IMG/VR virus record: IMGVR_UViG_3300020166_000004
Origin: a virus
DNA length: 34,434 bases
Direction: 5' to 3' (one strand)
Below are positions 33,096 through 34,434 of the stretch, one piece after another (position 1 is the first letter of the stretch; every line of letters starts with the position of its first letter). The position numbers were made by a program, and so were the translations under genes. The notes beneath the pieces are model-generated. The model was not told the DNA's origin and did no database searches. It saw nothing but the letters and a program-made list of their open reading frames with translations.

Positions 33096-34367
33096 TTATG
33101 CTGTGAAGTAAACGAATGTACAAAGGAAATTACCCGTTCCCATAACAGCGTGGGTTACAGCGACCGCACCTGATGTTGCTCCCGCCCCAGAATAGACGGC
33201 GGCAGAAGCCGTGTTTGGGAAAATAAGAACATTCAGACCTTCTGCGGCTGTCGTAAAGTTTTGAGCATGAATTGCGGAGGAACTTCCGTAAATGTAGCTC
33301 ATGTCTGACGAAGTAAAAGGTAGGGTGATCTCTAAAGACCCGCTTGCGGTTCCCAAAACATTAATGTCAATGTGAACTGACGCAGTAACTAGGTTGCCCA
33401 CCTTTGTATATCTTCCGACTTGAGTCGTATAAGTTCCTGTTCCCATGTTTGCAAAGGCAGGAGTCCACGTCCCTTCTTCGTAGTCGTCTAGCGTATTAGC
33501 TGCGTTATAAGTACCGACTGCTGTGCCTAATGTTACGCCAGCGGGGATAATGGCATGCCCGCTGGCATCGATGCGCATGCGTTCTGCGTCGGCAGTTCCA
33601 AAGATAACTGGGTATGCGTTGGCAGTTCCCATTGCTAAAGGGTAACTTGCGACCGAAAGGATTTTTGCCGCGTTTGTTTGACCGAAAGAGTTATTAGCTA
33701 GGTTCTGGCCTATGTATAAATCTGAAACTGTGCCTGTAAGCCGCAACCAGTTGACCGTGTCTGTTCCGTCACCGACTTGTAAAGCTGAGGTAGGAGAACT
33801 CGTCCCAATCCCCAAATTGCCCGAGGCATCCAGCGTCGCCGCAATTGTCGTAGCTTCTGTGGTGTTGTCGCCGCCAACTAAAAACTGAAGCTGACCTGCG
33901 CCTGCGCCTGTTACAGTAGGTTTGATTCCTGACCTACTTGCTCCCCCAGCAACAGCAGGAAAACCAAGCGTCATAGCGTCATAACCGACAACTTGTGTTT
34001 GCCCTGCGCTGGTTATGCGCATGCGTTCGGTGTCGTTAGTCTTGAAAACCATTGGGCCGTTATCGACATTGACAAGTTGAGCTTCGCCGCCACTAAAGTT
34101 TTTAATAAGGAAGCCAGACGTATTGCCCGTATGTCTTAGCGTAATTGACGCAGGGTCGGTAGATGTTTCAACAGTAAGCCCATCCGCCGTGACGCTGCCC
34201 GTGACGTCCACATTGCCACTGGGGTTTAACCCTAGTTCAAGAACAGTACCACCTGAGTCCTCAGTGTACAAACGTCCGTTAGTTAAATCTACGGCAAGCT
34301 CTCCAGCTACCAAATCGGAGGCTGTGGGAGCACCTGAGCCGCTTTTAGTTACAATTGTTGTAGCCAT
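33096..34367 (-). CDS. Tail fibre / receptor-binding protein
   Basis: 423 aa. The N-terminus DLVAGELAVDLTNGRLYTEDSGG and the C-terminal LDDYEEGTWTP...GRYTKVGNLV domain are typical fibre motifs. Its first 60 nt are repeated at window positions 1-60 because of the circular overlap. Confidence 0.7.
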   Translation of the reverse strand: MATTIVTKSGSGAPTASDLVAGELAVDLTNGRLYTEDSGGTVLELGLNPSGNVDVTGSVTADGLTVETSTDPASITLRHTGNTSGFLIKNFSGGEAQLVNVDNGPMVFKTNDTERMRITSAGQTQVVGYDAMTLGFPAVAGGASRSGIKPTVTGAGAGQLQFLVGGDNTTEATTIAATLDASGNLGIGTSSPTSALQVGDGTDTVNWLRLTGTVSDLYIGQNLANNSFGQTNAAKILSVASYPLAMGTANAYPVIFGTADAERMRIDASGHAIIPAGVTLGTAVGTYNAANTLDDYEEGTWTPAFANMGTGTYTTQVGRYTKVGNLVTASVHIDINVLGTASGSLEITLPFTSSDMSYIYGSSSAIHAQNFTTAAEGLNVLIFPNTASAAVYSGAGATSGAVAVTHAVMGTGNFLCTFVYFTA

Positions 34368-34434
34368 TGTTTAATTCCCTTGTTAGTAAGTGCCGCCTGA
34401 GAGCGTACCAGTTGTCATGTTGTCTGCGTTTAAA
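34308..34434. repeat. Second copy of the 127-nt circular overlap
   Basis: Identical to 1-127. Confidence 0.95.

Noticed and set aside
1-34434. Lysogeny module, tRNA genes, toxin-antitoxin, retron/DGR reverse transcriptase, introns or inteins
   Set aside because: None of these was recognised in the ORF translations or the non-coding gaps. The polymerase, RNR and terminase look uninterrupted. A profile or covariance-model search would be needed to exclude divergent cases.

Overview
The window is a complete, circularly closed phage genome. Bases 1-127 are identical to 34308-34434, so the unique length is 34,307 bp. The gene content is that of a T7-supergroup podovirus with no phage RNA polymerase gene, resembling RNAP-less marine podoviruses of the SIO1/VpV262 type; that resemblance is inferred from gene content, not from a search. 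Two transcription units diverge from an 814-bp non-coding hub at 8040-8853 and converge on a hairpin terminator at 21032-21058. The plus-strand unit (8854-21027) carries small early ORFs, a standalone LuxR-type HTH, ThyX, SSB, a T7 gp4-like primase-helicase, a PD-(D/E)XK nuclease, a family A DNA polymerase, a Cas4-like nuclease, T7 endonuclease I, DUF3310 and a class II ribonucleotide reductase. The minus-strand unit runs from 8023 down through position 1 and wraps to 34367-21056. It carries a terS-like protein, an M15 endolysin, TerL, portal, small basic proteins, scaffold, major capsid, two fibre-like proteins, three small membrane proteins, a 946-aa repeat protein, gp11/gp12-like tail proteins and three large internal-virion candidates. 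No integrase, tRNA, CRISPR array or canonical sigma54 activator (GAFTGA AAA+) was recognised. The most unusual signal is in the hub: six same-strand matches to the sigma54 (RpoN) -24/-12 promoter consensus TGGCAY-N5-TTGC within about 190 bp. They flank two tandem consensus DnaA boxes and lie downstream of iteron-like repeats and a C-rich tract. Three near-consensus sigma70 promoters also occur, two of them followed by long conserved leader hairpins built from CCTWAGG heptamers. All functional calls come from reading motifs by eye. No database search was possible.
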